Shown one piece after another: positions 39,188 through 48,161 of a DNA stretch of 64,000 nucleotides. Source of the stretch: an uncultured virus (IMG/VR IMGVR_UViG_3300027977_000026). Lineage: Duplodnaviria; Heunggongvirae; Uroviricota; Caudoviricetes. Under the pieces are notes generated by a model. The model ran no database searches and had not been told where the DNA came from. It saw only the letters and a program-made list of their open reading frames with translations. A program made the position numbers and the translations under genes. Numbering within the stretch: the first letter of the stretch is position 1; every line of letters begins with the position of its first letter. The DNA is taken from IMG/VR virus record IMGVR_UViG_3300027977_000026. The stretch is one strand, 5' to 3'.

Positions 39188-40909
39188 TTATTTATAATGG
39201 TCCAAAGGTACATACCCCATATTGGTAAGGTCAGAAATATCTTGCAGCATTGGTGTGGTGTTCACCTCATCCATGGTCTTGTTGTCAAACACAGCTGGTA
39301 ACGCACTAGGTGTTGGATCTCTTTCATTCAAATAGCTACCTACCGGGCTTATGACTCTGGAGGAATTATAGTCCAATTGTCTTATGATCATAGGTTTGTT
39401 ATAATCATCCAGTTTTTCAATATCAAAATATCTGGTACAAATTTCATTCTCTAAAATTATCAATGCCCATATTAATGACATCACCCTGTCATCCCAACTG
39501 TCTGTACCAGGTCTTGCACCCCAAGTGTTGTTAGGAAATCTTACAAAGTTTTTTAATTCGCGAAGAGTGTCTATGTCTCTCAATTTAACCACTTTTATTT
39601 CATTGGTCCAATATCTCATATTGGTAACACCTCTATACTTTGTGTTAGTATGTGCAAGAATACCAACTTTCTTCTTCTCTACAATGTGTGCAGCTTTGGC
39701 ACCCCAAGTTACAATATTTTCATAACCGTGAGTAAATTTCAACTGTTCCACAACCTGGGCACCACAATTGTTCCTTTCTATTAATACAGGAGGATTGCCC
39801 CACTGAGCTAGAATTTCTAATAATTTTGCAGTGAATTGATATGGGATAATGTCTTTGTTATGGTATGTTGCAACTTGCTCTATGTTGGACAAATCAGTTA
39901 TATCTAGAATTTGCACCACACTAGCAGCTTCACCCACACCTTCACAAATGTCCACGCCAACTGTATATATTCTCCCATCTTTTGGCTCTTCCCATATTTT
40001 GTAATGACCTTCATCGAAAACATATTCAGGGTCTTTTATACCTTTCAGCATTTCATTGTAATGTTCTTCATTGAGCGACGTTTCACCACTTGCTATGAAT
40101 TCATTACCAAATTCTTGCGCAAATGCTTCTGTGCTGCCCAGGGTTCTGATTGTGTCTTGTTTCCATGCCTCATCTCTCCCGGGTATCTCCCACCAATCAA
40201 TCCTTTCAGCTTTCCAATTATTGGTACTATCTATTGCACCTTGGTACAGCCTGTAGAATAAATTCTCTGTACCATTGGGAGTGCTTGCTATGAATATTTT
40301 GCTCTTTTTTGAGCTACTAATAATTGGGTAAACTGATTCCCAGAATTTTTCCACAATATGATTGTCAATAAATGCCAACTCATCAAGCACGGTCACATTT
40401 ACAGATTCTCCTCTGCCTGCATCACTGCTGGTAGTGCTGATGCCAATGCTGCTGCCATTTGTGAGTGTCATGCTGGTCTGTCCATATTCAACCACACCAG
40501 GTTTCAAGAAATTAGGCAACATCTCATAGGCAGTTCTAATTCTTTTGAAAATGTTTTTAGCAGTTTGCTCTTTGTTAGCTACAATCAACAATCTTTGATC
40601 TTCTGAGAAACATGCAATCCAGAGTGCATAGATTGTCATCATGGTAGTTTTTCCAGCTTGACGCGATGATAACAAGATTACGAATCGGTTATCTCTCAAA
40701 CCTCTGAGCACTCTCTTCTGGCAAGGGTGTAGGTTTATTTTTTCCTTTCCCCTGTCTAGATTAACAATGTAAAAATGATTTTCCGCAAAATGTAAAATAT
40801 TTTTTCTGCATTTCTTCAACTCATTGATCATCTCGGGGGTATACTCGTGTTTTGTTTCCCTAGTAGGCAGTTTGTTGTTGCCGAGATAATACTTCTCCTT
40901 GTCTTCCAT
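39188..40909 (-). CDS. gp17: Terminase large subunit, gp17-like
   Basis: YYLGNNKL, SRQAGKTT, LDELAF, STPNG, FAQEF, VGVD, IERN, DDRVM; true start ATG 40909. Confidence 0.97.
   Translation of the reverse strand: MEDKEKYYLGNNKLPTRETKHEYTPEMINELKKCRKNILHFAENHFYIVNLDRGKEKINLHPCQKRVLRGLRDNRFVILLSSRQAGKTTMMTIYALWIACFSEDQRLLIVANKEQTAKNIFKRIRTAYEMLPNFLKPGVVEYGQTSMTLTNGSSIGISTTSSDAGRGESVNVTVLDELAFIDNHIVEKFWESVYPIISSSKKSKIFIASTPNGTENLFYRLYQGAIDSTNNWKAERIDWWEIPGRDEAWKQDTIRTLGSTEAFAQEFGNEFIASGETSLNEEHYNEMLKGIKDPEYVFDEGHYKIWEEPKDGRIYTVGVDICEGVGEAASVVQILDITDLSNIEQVATYHNKDIIPYQFTAKLLEILAQWGNPPVLIERNNCGAQVVEQLKFTHGYENIVTWGAKAAHIVEKKKVGILAHTNTKYRGVTNMRYWTNEIKVVKLRDIDTLRELKNFVRFPNNTWGARPGTDSWDDRVMSLIWALIILENEICTRYFDIEKLDDYNKPMIIRQLDYNSSRVISPVGSYLNERDPTPSALPAVFDNKTMDEVNTTPMLQDISDLTNMGYVPLDHYK
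39189..39196 (-). promoter_or_regulatory. T4-type late promoter TATAAATA
   Basis: Exact match, 4 nt before gp3 ATG. Confidence 0.8.
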
Positions 40910-40914
40910 AATAA

Positions 40915-40935
40915 TACTTAGTAAAGATATAAATA
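40915..40935. promoter_or_regulatory. Back-to-back late promoters (minus ACTAAGTA 40915-40922; plus TATAAATA 40928-40935)
   Basis: 5 nt and 4 nt from the respective ATGs in a 30-bp divergent gap. Confidence 0.7.
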
Positions 40936-40939
40936 ACAC

Positions 40940-41824
40940 ATGAGCGACAAAAACTATATCAAAGACATATCTGTAATTTACCGAGAGCAATTCATGAATA
41001 AAAATTCTGAAGTTGTTGTAGAGAAAGCAGTTAAAGACTTACATTCCTTTCCAGAGGCCAAGGATAAGAAGATTGTAATTAAGAAGGATGGCACCGAAGC
41101 CAAAGCGTTTTTTCATAAAGATTCAGGGCCTGAGCATGCAGAAGGTGTTAAAGAGATATTGGATCCAAAGACGGCAAAAGAAAATAATGCGTTTGAACCC
41201 AGGAAATTTTCACAAAACACTGGAAAAAGCGTTAAAGAGAATATAAATACTTTTATGAGCAAATCAGTATTCGATAAACTTTTTGAAGATGTAATGAAAG
41301 ATGACGCCCTTGATTTGGGTATCACAGCCGGTCCTGAAGGGGATCAAGCTGATGTAGAAACCACCGGTGAAACTGAAGTTTCTGGTGATGTAAGTTTTAC
41401 ATTGCCTCGTGATGTAGCGCAAAAGCTTCATGACGTTTTAATGGCAGCTTTGGAAGGTGGTGAAGAAGCCGCTGCTGAAGATGATGCAGCAATGGAAGAT
41501 GATACTTTTGCTTCGACTGATGAGGATGAAGAGAAGAAACACAAGCATGATGATAAGGAAGACATGTCTGGTGAAGCAGTAGATATGGAAGAGCTTCCAG
41601 ATAGCAAAGGTCAAGCCTTGCAACATAAGAATAACAAAGTCACTGGAACCTTGGGTCATGCAAAGTCCGGTAAAGCACAAGCCTCTGTTAAGGGTGAAGT
41701 TGATGGTAAAGGCAAAGAGCTTCCCGACAGCAAAGGTCACGTCTTACAAAACAAGAACAACAAAGTTGGTGGTGTAGTAAAGGGCGGTGGAAAAGGTGAT
41801 CAGAACTTGTTTCAAGCTAATTGA
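40940..41824 (+). CDS. Acidic/charged late protein, candidate prohead core/internal protein
   Basis: 294 aa; TATAAATA 4 nt upstream; duplicated ELPDSKGxxLQxKNNKVxG; strong terminator downstream. Confidence 0.6.
   Translation: MSDKNYIKDISVIYREQFMNKNSEVVVEKAVKDLHSFPEAKDKKIVIKKDGTEAKAFFHKDSGPEHAEGVKEILDPKTAKENNAFEPRKFSQNTGKSVKENINTFMSKSVFDKLFEDVMKDDALDLGITAGPEGDQADVETTGETEVSGDVSFTLPRDVAQKLHDVLMAALEGGEEAAAEDDAAMEDDTFASTDEDEEKKHKHDDKEDMSGEAVDMEELPDSKGQALQHKNNKVTGTLGHAKSGKAQASVKGEVDGKGKELPDSKGHVLQNKNNKVGGVVKGGGKGDQNLFQAN
41242..41249 (+). promoter_or_regulatory. Intragenic late promoter TATAAATA
   Basis: Exact match 5 nt before in-frame ATG 41255. Confidence 0.6.
41255..41824 (+). CDS. Candidate nested in-frame isoform (189 aa, MSKSVFDKLFEDVM...)
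   Basis: Internal perfect TATAAATA at 41242-41249, 5 nt before in-frame ATG 41255. Confidence 0.5.
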   Translation: MSKSVFDKLFEDVMKDDALDLGITAGPEGDQADVETTGETEVSGDVSFTLPRDVAQKLHDVLMAALEGGEEAAAEDDAAMEDDTFASTDEDEEKKHKHDDKEDMSGEAVDMEELPDSKGQALQHKNNKVTGTLGHAKSGKAQASVKGEVDGKGKELPDSKGHVLQNKNNKVGGVVKGGGKGDQNLFQAN

Positions 41825-41842
41825 TAGTATTTAAAAGCTAAT

Positions 41843-41876
41843 AAAAAATGCCGTTCTTCGGAACGGCATTTTTTTT
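41843..41876 (+). terminator. Rho-independent terminator with C(UUCG)G tetraloop, possibly bidirectional
   Basis: aaaaaatgccgttc-ttcg-gaacggcatttttttt perfect stem with U tract. Confidence 0.92.
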
Positions 41877-41877
41877 G

Positions 41878-41885
41878 TATAAATA
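41878..41885 (+). promoter_or_regulatory. T4-type late promoter TATAAATA
   Basis: Exact match right after terminator, 6 nt before ATG. Confidence 0.8.
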
Positions 41886-41891
41886 ACTTGT

Positions 41892-42260
41892 ATGTTGTTT
41901 GAAAAATATTACCTGCAAAGCTTGGATGAGCAAACTTGGAACTCCGGCATTGCCAATCTTTTTGGTAACTTCAAGCAGACCGCCAGGCACAGAAAGATCA
42001 TTAAAGATCCTAAATTCAGAAAAAATCCACAAACTGTACCAGACATGTACAAGAAGGACATGACTGATATACCCAAGGTGGAGATGTTAAAGAATTCTGC
42101 ACCTGGCATACAACAAGTAATATCACAGGGTGAATTTCGACAAATTGCTAGAAAATATAATTTAAATGGTTTAACCTACGACGGTCAAAAGAAACTAGGC
42201 AACACAGGAATATCTGTTAAATTTGATCCTAATTTTAACAGCTATGTTTTAGTAAAATGA
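41892..42260 (+). CDS. Hypothetical late protein
   Basis: 122 aa; TATAAATA 41878-41885; N-terminal MLFEKYY. Confidence 0.6.
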   Translation: MLFEKYYLQSLDEQTWNSGIANLFGNFKQTARHRKIIKDPKFRKNPQTVPDMYKKDMTDIPKVEMLKNSAPGIQQVISQGEFRQIARKYNLNGLTYDGQKKLGNTGISVKFDPNFNSYVLVK

Positions 42261-43000
42261 GCATGGACAAATACACAGGGGTTAATTGTGTAAGGTCATA
42301 CCCATTCAAATACACCACCAGCACCTTGAGAATCACAGACAAAGAGAACAATCAATGCGAACGTCAAGTCTATAGCAATTATTGGAGAGAACAAATTGAT
42401 ATGTATGGTCAAAAAATTGACTATTATATTAATAAAACAACAACACTGTGTGCAGACAACATATATGGTGAAGAACCTATAGCAGGATTTCTCCCACCTC
42501 AAACTCTCATTGCAGGCATAAAATTAGCAGAGAATGCACTCATTCTCAGTAAGTTTGGATTTCAAAGTGATGATCTATTGACTGCATATGTGCACATAAG
42601 CTCTTTCTATGCAGTTTTTCCACCTTATACTGAACCAAAAGCTGGTGACGTGTTCAAGTTAACTGAGTATGGCAGTGACAGACCAGGTGAAAGAGATGGA
42701 AAAATGTTTGAAATTACTGAGAGAGTTGACCAGGATAACAGTCAAATCAATCCATTAATGGGCCATTATGTGTGGATGCTCAAGGCCAAGAGATTTGATT
42801 ACTCTTTTGAACCGGATATAGTTTTTGAGAAGGGCAGCGCCCAGGTGCATGATGACACAGGCTACGGCACTATGATAACGGACACTACAACTATAAATGA
42901 TAGACCCAGCTCTTACCCTGGTGATGCAGATACTGTAAGTAAGGAACAGGTCTTTAATATGGACGTTAACAGGACTCTAGAGTATGGGGGATATTACTAA
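42257..43000 (+). CDS. gp14: Neck protein, gp14-like
   Basis: 247 aa; EQIDMYGQKIDYY, DNIYGEEP, LSKFGF..DD, EPKAGDV, MFEIT. Confidence 0.8.
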   Translation: MSMDKYTGVNCVRSYPFKYTTSTLRITDKENNQCERQVYSNYWREQIDMYGQKIDYYINKTTTLCADNIYGEEPIAGFLPPQTLIAGIKLAENALILSKFGFQSDDLLTAYVHISSFYAVFPPYTEPKAGDVFKLTEYGSDRPGERDGKMFEITERVDQDNSQINPLMGHYVWMLKAKRFDYSFEPDIVFEKGSAQVHDDTGYGTMITDTTTINDRPSSYPGDADTVSKEQVFNMDVNRTLEYGGYY

Positions 43001-43361
43001 TATCCATATTCATTGCTTGCTCTAAACTGTCATCAGTCTCTTCACTCTCTTCGCTCTGTTCACTCTCTTCATTTTGTTGCAAGAGATTGTTCCTAACTTT
43101 CTCAGCAGTAAGCTTTACTATGTCCACATTATTCTCTTCTCTATCTATGTCCAATACCATAGTCTCGAATCTGCTCTCTATGTATTTCTGAAAAGCTAGT
43201 GGCTTAAGCCAAAAATCATCTTTATTGAGGTCCGTATTCAATTCTGAAGCTTTAGTATTGACCAGATCTATGGCTTCCACAAGACAAAACCATCTTGCGT
43301 ACTCTTCTTTCTTAAGAACATGTGACTTATTCTTACAAACAACTGTGAATTCATTTTTCAT
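42966..43361 (-). CDS. Hypothetical protein with acidic tail
   Basis: Start ATG 43361 (MKNEFTV) behind TTGACC-N17-TATACT. Confidence 0.6.
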   Translation of the reverse strand: MKNEFTVVCKNKSHVLKKEEYARWFCLVEAIDLVNTKASELNTDLNKDDFWLKPLAFQKYIESRFETMVLDIDREENNVDIVKLTAEKVRNNLLQQNEESEQSEESEETDDSLEQAMNMDISNIPHTLESC

Positions 43362-43403
43362 ATTACAGAGTATAGTAGAAATTCTCTTGCAGGTCAAGAG
43401 AAT

Positions 43404-43805
43404 TCATCTCTTCATTTTGCCGCAAATATATCCTGAAATAATGGCAAGCATGTTCAGCTTGTTTGGGTCAAAACCAACAGACAGCAATATTGTCAGAATC
43501 TTCACTGTGGCTTCTTGAATATTTTTTAATATCAGGAGGTTGTCAGGTGTATCTAATTTCTTTGAAGACAGTTCCTGCTTTATGTTATCACATGTTAATG
43601 TGATTATATCGCGTATCATGTGTATACCAGTGGAAGTATTGACCGTGGCAAATGTAGAAGAATTTTTAAACAGTTTATGTGATTCAATGCCCAAGCTAAA
43701 AAACATATTCTCCAAATTGCTAGTGACAATGCCTATGTTACCACTCACCTCCTCTGCACTCAGAGGAATTATTTGACTGGATTTTGTATTACTGATTTGG
43801 TGCAT
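43404..43805 (-). CDS. Hypothetical protein
   Basis: 133 aa ORF overlapping upstream gene. Confidence 0.55.
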   Translation of the reverse strand: MHQISNTKSSQIIPLSAEEVSGNIGIVTSNLENMFFSLGIESHKLFKNSSTFATVNTSTGIHMIRDIITLTCDNIKQELSSKKLDTPDNLLILKNIQEATVKILTILLSVGFDPNKLNMLAIISGYICGKMKR

Positions 43806-44217
43806 TTGCTATGGCTTTGTTTATAATCTGATCTGGCGTTTCATTCATGGGTGTGGTTTGCAGATAAGTTTTCAGTTGAATATTAACATTAATGGTCTTG
43901 TTGCAACCCGGGCACTCATAGGTATTCTCCTCACCCATAAAGAGGGGAATTTCCGAATTAACTCTGCTATCGCATGGACATGTGACTGAGGCGAACTGTC
44001 TGCTAAATTCAATATCCCTTTGTATCTCCAATCTCTTTGCTGTCTCCAGAGCTCTTGTTTCGAGGTTTGTGCTGTAGAAGAAAAACACTACAAATTGCAA
44101 TGTGGTAAAGAAGCAAAAAGCACTTACAAATCCTATGCCAAAATAAGTCACAGGCCAAGCCAAAACAGCACTGACTGCAGCTGTCAGCAGCAAGCTTCTT
44201 GTGAGCTTATTAAACAT
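43789..44217 (-). CDS. Membrane protein with two N-terminal hydrophobic segments and a Zn-ribbon-like motif
   Basis: 142 aa; CPC...CPGC; sigma70-like promoter upstream. Confidence 0.6.
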   Translation of the reverse strand: MFNKLTRSLLLTAAVSAVLAWPVTYFGIGFVSAFCFFTTLQFVVFFFYSTNLETRALETAKRLEIQRDIEFSRQFASVTCPCDSRVNSEIPLFMGEENTYECPGCNKTINVNIQLKTYLQTTPMNETPDQIINKAIANAPNQ

Positions 44218-44222
44218 ACATT

Positions 44223-44250
44223 ATTATAATACAAGACTACTTGTTTTCAA
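44223..44250 (-). promoter_or_regulatory. Sigma70-like promoter TTGAAA-N16-TATAAT
   Basis: 5 nt before ATG 44217. Confidence 0.65.
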
Positions 44251-44605
44251 CTATCTCGTCCAATTCCTCAGTGCATGAAAATATGATGTTCTGAATCTTA
44301 TCCAGCTTTTCGTTCAAACTTCTAATTGCTTTAATTTTTTCTGATGTTTCTTTGATAACAGGGTTCTTGAAGCTTTGATTCAAAAGCCCTCTTAGATTTG
44401 CACATTGTACAAAGATTTCACCCAAAAAATCTAAAATATTGTTCAAAGGATATGGCAGTATTTTTTTAGCCTGCTGATTGTTTCTGAATCGATTGATTAT
44501 GTCGGCTACTGTAATTACTTCAGGCTGAAATTCTCTTTTGGCAATACCAGACACCCATTTGTTGTAGATCATTGATGTATCTTCATTTATAGGGTAATTC
44601 TTCAT
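44237..44605 (-). CDS. Hypothetical late protein
   Basis: 122 aa; ATTAAATA 5 nt before ATG. Confidence 0.6.
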   Translation of the reverse strand: MKNYPINEDTSMIYNKWVSGIAKREFQPEVITVADIINRFRNNQQAKKILPYPLNNILDFLGEIFVQCANLRGLLNQSFKNPVIKETSEKIKAIRSLNEKLDKIQNIIFSCTEELDEIVENK

Positions 44606-44610
44606 GTTAA

Positions 44611-44644
44611 TATTTAATAAAAAAACATCTTATTTCTATAAATA
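44611..44644. promoter_or_regulatory. Back-to-back late promoters (minus ATTAAATA 44611-44618; plus TATAAATA 44637-44644)
   Basis: Each 5 nt from its ATG. Confidence 0.7.
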
Positions 44645-44649
44645 ATATT

Positions 44650-45054
44650 ATGAATTTGTTCGAGAAGCAGTTTTTACATCTATTAGAAGCCGATGAAGAG
44701 GGTGCAAACCAAGAAATCACCGATAAAGCTGCAATGTCGCAACAGCTAGACAAAGGCACAAATCCAACAGATTTCAACACCCAAGTTCCTGCAGGCATAG
44801 AGCAAGCCAAGCAAGGCCATCTGCAAGCTCAGAAAACTTCTCTACAAGAGTGGATTGTTAAAATAGGTGAATTTATTGAATATATGAATGGGGTGGACCC
44901 GACCAGCATTCAATCCCAATTGCAATCTGGTGGTTGTGAGTCTTTGTTTGAAAAAGTAGCTAGTAGTGAAAAAAAGAGAATAGCAAGAGTGGCCATGGAG
45001 CTGAGTGCATTGAATGAGGCTTTAAAAGGTTATCTGATCTCTGGGGACTCTTAA
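44650..45054 (+). CDS. Hypothetical late protein (candidate internal head protein)
   Basis: 134 aa; TATAAATA 44637-44644; MNLFEKQFLHLLEA. Confidence 0.6.
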   Translation: MNLFEKQFLHLLEADEEGANQEITDKAAMSQQLDKGTNPTDFNTQVPAGIEQAKQGHLQAQKTSLQEWIVKIGEFIEYMNGVDPTSIQSQLQSGGCESLFEKVASSEKKRIARVAMELSALNEALKGYLISGDS

Positions 45055-46070
45055 GTCAAAATAACTCTTGCTTTCAAATCTGTAAAAGTATTTTTAAGTA
45101 TAAAAGATGTAGGAATTTTATTCAAATTATATGTGATGCAAAGATCATTCATATCCTTTATCTTCTTCAATTCGCTGGGCCAAATAAAAACTTTGCACCC
45201 TTGCTTGACTAGTGCCAAAGATTTGCTCTTGCTTGTTTCATCTAGCATCTGATTGTCAAGAACCCATATCAATTCATGTTGAGGGAACATTTTTAATTGT
45301 TGCTTCTGCCTGTCAGTAAACAAGTGATTACCTCTTTTGGTGATACCTGCCACTGCTATTCCATTGCGAATAAAGCATGCATCCAGAGGTCCTTCTGTTA
45401 TAAAAATGTGATTGTTTTGATTCTGGACACGATCTATGCCAAAGAGTGTTTTCTCACTGTTGGTCTTGCTCAAGTATTTTGGCTTGGGGTACCTCTTATC
45501 TTCAATTAATGTTCTGGACTGGTAGTGTACTATTTTACCGTTTAAATCTTTGAAAGGTATGATGAGTCTGTTCTGGTGTGTACCTTTTTTCAGACTAATG
45601 TAAAATGCATCTGGTTTGTTGATGGCTGAAGTAAGCCGTCTCTTTACTAAAGCATCTAACGCTGCTTTGACATACATATTGTCTTTATAGAAATTAATTT
45701 GAGCACTATCCCTGAGATTGATGCTGTCTTCTGGTAATATTTCTTCATTAATAATAGTAGCATTTTTTTCAAAAATATCTGGTTGTGTTAGTTCTGGTAC
45801 AAAGCATTCTGCTTCCTTTAGAACTTCTGAATATGATTTATTTGAAACAGTCTGAATCCATCTTATAGGTGCCATGCTCAGTCCGCAGTTATGACAGTAT
45901 AACAGATTCTTTTTCTCTATATAAAATAATCTCCTCTTCTTTCCCCATGAATTGCCCTCTCTGCATGTCGGACAACTACCATAATAGGTCTTGCTTAATC
46001 TGTTATATCTTGGAGACCCAGCATAAAGGTAGAATTGCTGAATAATAAAATCTACAGGCAATACAGTCAC
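45051..46070 (-). CDS. gp61: DNA primase, gp61-like
   Basis: 339 aa; CPTC..CHNC Zn finger, RLIIPF, TEGPLD, VLDN, KDMND TOPRIM motifs. Confidence 0.92.
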   Translation of the reverse strand: MTVLPVDFIIQQFYLYAGSPRYNRLSKTYYGSCPTCREGNSWGKKRRLFYIEKKNLLYCHNCGLSMAPIRWIQTVSNKSYSEVLKEAECFVPELTQPDIFEKNATIINEEILPEDSINLRDSAQINFYKDNMYVKAALDALVKRRLTSAINKPDAFYISLKKGTHQNRLIIPFKDLNGKIVHYQSRTLIEDKRYPKPKYLSKTNSEKTLFGIDRVQNQNNHIFITEGPLDACFIRNGIAVAGITKRGNHLFTDRQKQQLKMFPQHELIWVLDNQMLDETSKSKSLALVKQGCKVFIWPSELKKIKDMNDLCITYNLNKIPTSFILKNTFTDLKARVILT

Positions 46071-46104
46071 ACTATTATTATAAATGAAAACTTGAGAAGT
46101 GAAA

Positions 46105-46290
46105 CTACTTTTTCGTAATTGGAGCAGGCTCTATTTTTACTATGCCTTTGCGAATAAAGGTACCAGACGCAGGGTCAATCCAATGGGCTTCTGTGTAGAT
46201 TTTGTCACCATAAATCCGAGTCACAATCCTGGGTTCCACAGGTTGACCGCTAATGGGACTGGTTATTTTTACAGGCTTAACTATGTCCAT
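46105..46290 (-). CDS. Small hypothetical late protein
   Basis: 61 aa; AATAAATA 4 nt before ATG; SPISG and DPASG knuckle-like motifs. Confidence 0.6.
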   Translation of the reverse strand: MDIVKPVKITSPISGQPVEPRIVTRIYGDKIYTEAHWIDPASGTFIRKGIVKIEPAPITKK

Positions 46291-46319
46291 ATAGTATTTA
46301 TTGTTTAAACTGCATTTTT

Positions 46320-46610
46320 CTACTTAATAGTTCCCTTTAACTTGCAGTACTGTGCCCTGCAAACGGAAAATACATCAGAAGGCAACACTGTAACCAGATC
46401 CACTATCTTATTCTTAACACCCCTGTCAAACGCATCCATAGGCACTTTTCTTATGATCATCTTGGGTAAGCTCAGGAATATATTGTCTGTATCATCAGAC
46501 TCCATGTAAACCAGAAACTCACCAATATAATCACCAGTAACCACAGCGTAGGCACCTCTTCTCTTCAGAGAAGACGTTTTTTTAGAATTTAGATTAAAGA
46601 AGCTTAGCAT
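46320..46610 (-). CDS. Hypothetical protein
   Basis: ORF overlapping end of reductase; probable start ATG 46610 (MLSFF). Confidence 0.55.
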   Translation of the reverse strand: MLSFFNLNSKKTSSLKRRGAYAVVTGDYIGEFLVYMESDDTDNIFLSLPKMIIRKVPMDAFDRGVKNKIVDLVTVLPSDVFSVCRAQYCKLKGTIK

Positions 46611-47457
46611 ACTTGGAAATCTCCAATTCAAGAGACTCTTTGGCAGAAGGCAATCCTAATGAGAAGGATCTTATTTTTTCTGTGGACAATATGCAGTTGG
46701 ACCTACCAGCAACAATATCTAACTTGGACATGTCTACAAACTCCCAACCCTGATCGGCAATATTGTGTGCCTTGAATAATTCTATAATATCAGTTGCAGA
46801 GACTGCACCTTCATTCACTATGTTGTAAGGTCCTACAGGTAGATGCTTGTATATAAACAAAAATTTTAGAATAAAATTTGTCAAGTCATCTACGCTTGTT
46901 ACGCTGTTGGGCATATTAATGAGTTTTTTATAATTATAGATTTTATTAATATAATTTTTGTGCATGTTGGTACCATCAAAAGGCATTCTAATTCTTAGAG
47001 TATAAACATTCCAACCATCAAGATTGATTTCACAGGCATGTTTGCTCTTGCTATAGAAACTACTGGAATCGCTGTACATACCAAAATTAGGTACATCTGT
47101 TTCACTATAAATCTTATCATAGCCTGTATAGATGCAGCCACTGCTCACATTGATAACAGATATATCTGTGAGATTGCATGCAGCAGCAATATTTGAAGGT
47201 GTCTTTACATTCCAAAACCAACAATCTTGTTTGTTGGTCTCACAACCATCCACATTTGGAAATCCAGTATAACCTGAACAGTTGATAACACACTCAATTT
47301 CATCCTTATGTGCCTGTAGAAACGATCGCAAATGGTATGGTGAAGTGTAATCCAAATCAGACCTCTTCAAGCACATAACATCAAGCTTGCCTTCAATGAG
47401 CTTCTTTTCAAGAAAGGCACCAATATATCCTTTGCCCAGGATACAAATTTTCTTCAT
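46594..47457 (-). CDS. NDP-4-keto-6-deoxysugar epimerase/reductase (RmlD/UER1-like SDR)
   Basis: GKGYIG Rossmann motif, GYTGFPNVDGCE, SSGCIY, FYSKSK catalytic YxxxK, LRIRMP. Confidence 0.8.
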   Translation of the reverse strand: MKKICILGKGYIGAFLEKKLIEGKLDVMCLKRSDLDYTSPYHLRSFLQAHKDEIECVINCSGYTGFPNVDGCETNKQDCWFWNVKTPSNIAAACNLTDISVINVSSGCIYTGYDKIYSETDVPNFGMYSDSSSFYSKSKHACEINLDGWNVYTLRIRMPFDGTNMHKNYINKIYNYKKLINMPNSVTSVDDLTNFILKFLFIYKHLPVGPYNIVNEGAVSATDIIELFKAHNIADQGWEFVDMSKLDIVAGRSNCILSTEKIRSFSLGLPSAKESLELEISKYAKLL

Positions 47458-47458
47458 G

Positions 47459-47806
47459 CTATTGTTGTTCTTGCCCGTCACCGTTCTGATTATTGAACAG
47501 GAATTTGTTCAATGCAGCAGTCAAGGCATCAGCATCCATTTGATTTTTGGCATGTATAAAATTTTGTGCATTGCCCTTAAAATCATATCCAATTATAATG
47601 AATGCATTTAAAAACTCAGAAACCATGCTTGTCAGGGTGTGAATATTTTTTGTAGTTTCATTCTTTACATCAGATTGCTGAGCCAAATAGTCCTTCATTA
47701 CTGACTTTAAAAGACCCTCAATATCTTTCCTATCACTCTTAACAATCTTGGGTAATTTATTGTCATTATCCATGCCATCATTGCCCCGTTGTTTGTTTCG
47801 CTTCAC
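47459..47806 (-). CDS. Hypothetical protein
   Basis: Probable GTG start 47806, 5 nt after CCTAAATA late box. Confidence 0.55.
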   Translation of the reverse strand: MKRNKQRGNDGMDNDNKLPKIVKSDRKDIEGLLKSVMKDYLAQQSDVKNETTKNIHTLTSMVSEFLNAFIIIGYDFKGNAQNFIHAKNQMDADALTAALNKFLFNNQNGDGQEQQ

Positions 47807-48161
47807 CTGTATATTTAGGCTTTTGCGTAAAGTACGGACTATTTGTAGGATTATTACACACACCTCTTTGAATTAAATATTTAATTATTACCTCTATGCT
47901 TTCTGTTTTGAGAGAATAATGTTTATTGAATCTAAGCCCGCCATCATTTAATTCAAACATAATATCATCCATGAAATCTTTGTTCTGATAGCATGTAATA
48001 AAGACGCTCGCGCCACCTGGATCGACCAGGATGGTCCATCTGCGTGGATCTTGTTTTGCATATCTATCGAAGAGTCTGAAAGTAATGAAGCCGTTATCCC
48101 TGAGTCTTTTTATGAAATAACTGGGGGTTTTGATTTTATTTTTAGATATTTTACTTGACAT
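47778..48161 (-). CDS. Hypothetical protein
   Basis: 127 aa ORF overlapping end of the clamp gene. Confidence 0.6.
   Translation of the reverse strand: MSSKISKNKIKTPSYFIKRLRDNGFITFRLFDRYAKQDPRRWTILVDPGGASVFITCYQNKDFMDDIMFELNDGGLRFNKHYSLKTESIEVIIKYLIQRGVCNNPTNSPYFTQKPKYTGEAKQTTGQ

Noticed and set aside
40910..40990. N-terminal extension of terminase given by ORF track
   Set aside because: Overlaps the divergent gene; promoter spacing and the YYLGN motif support ATG 40909
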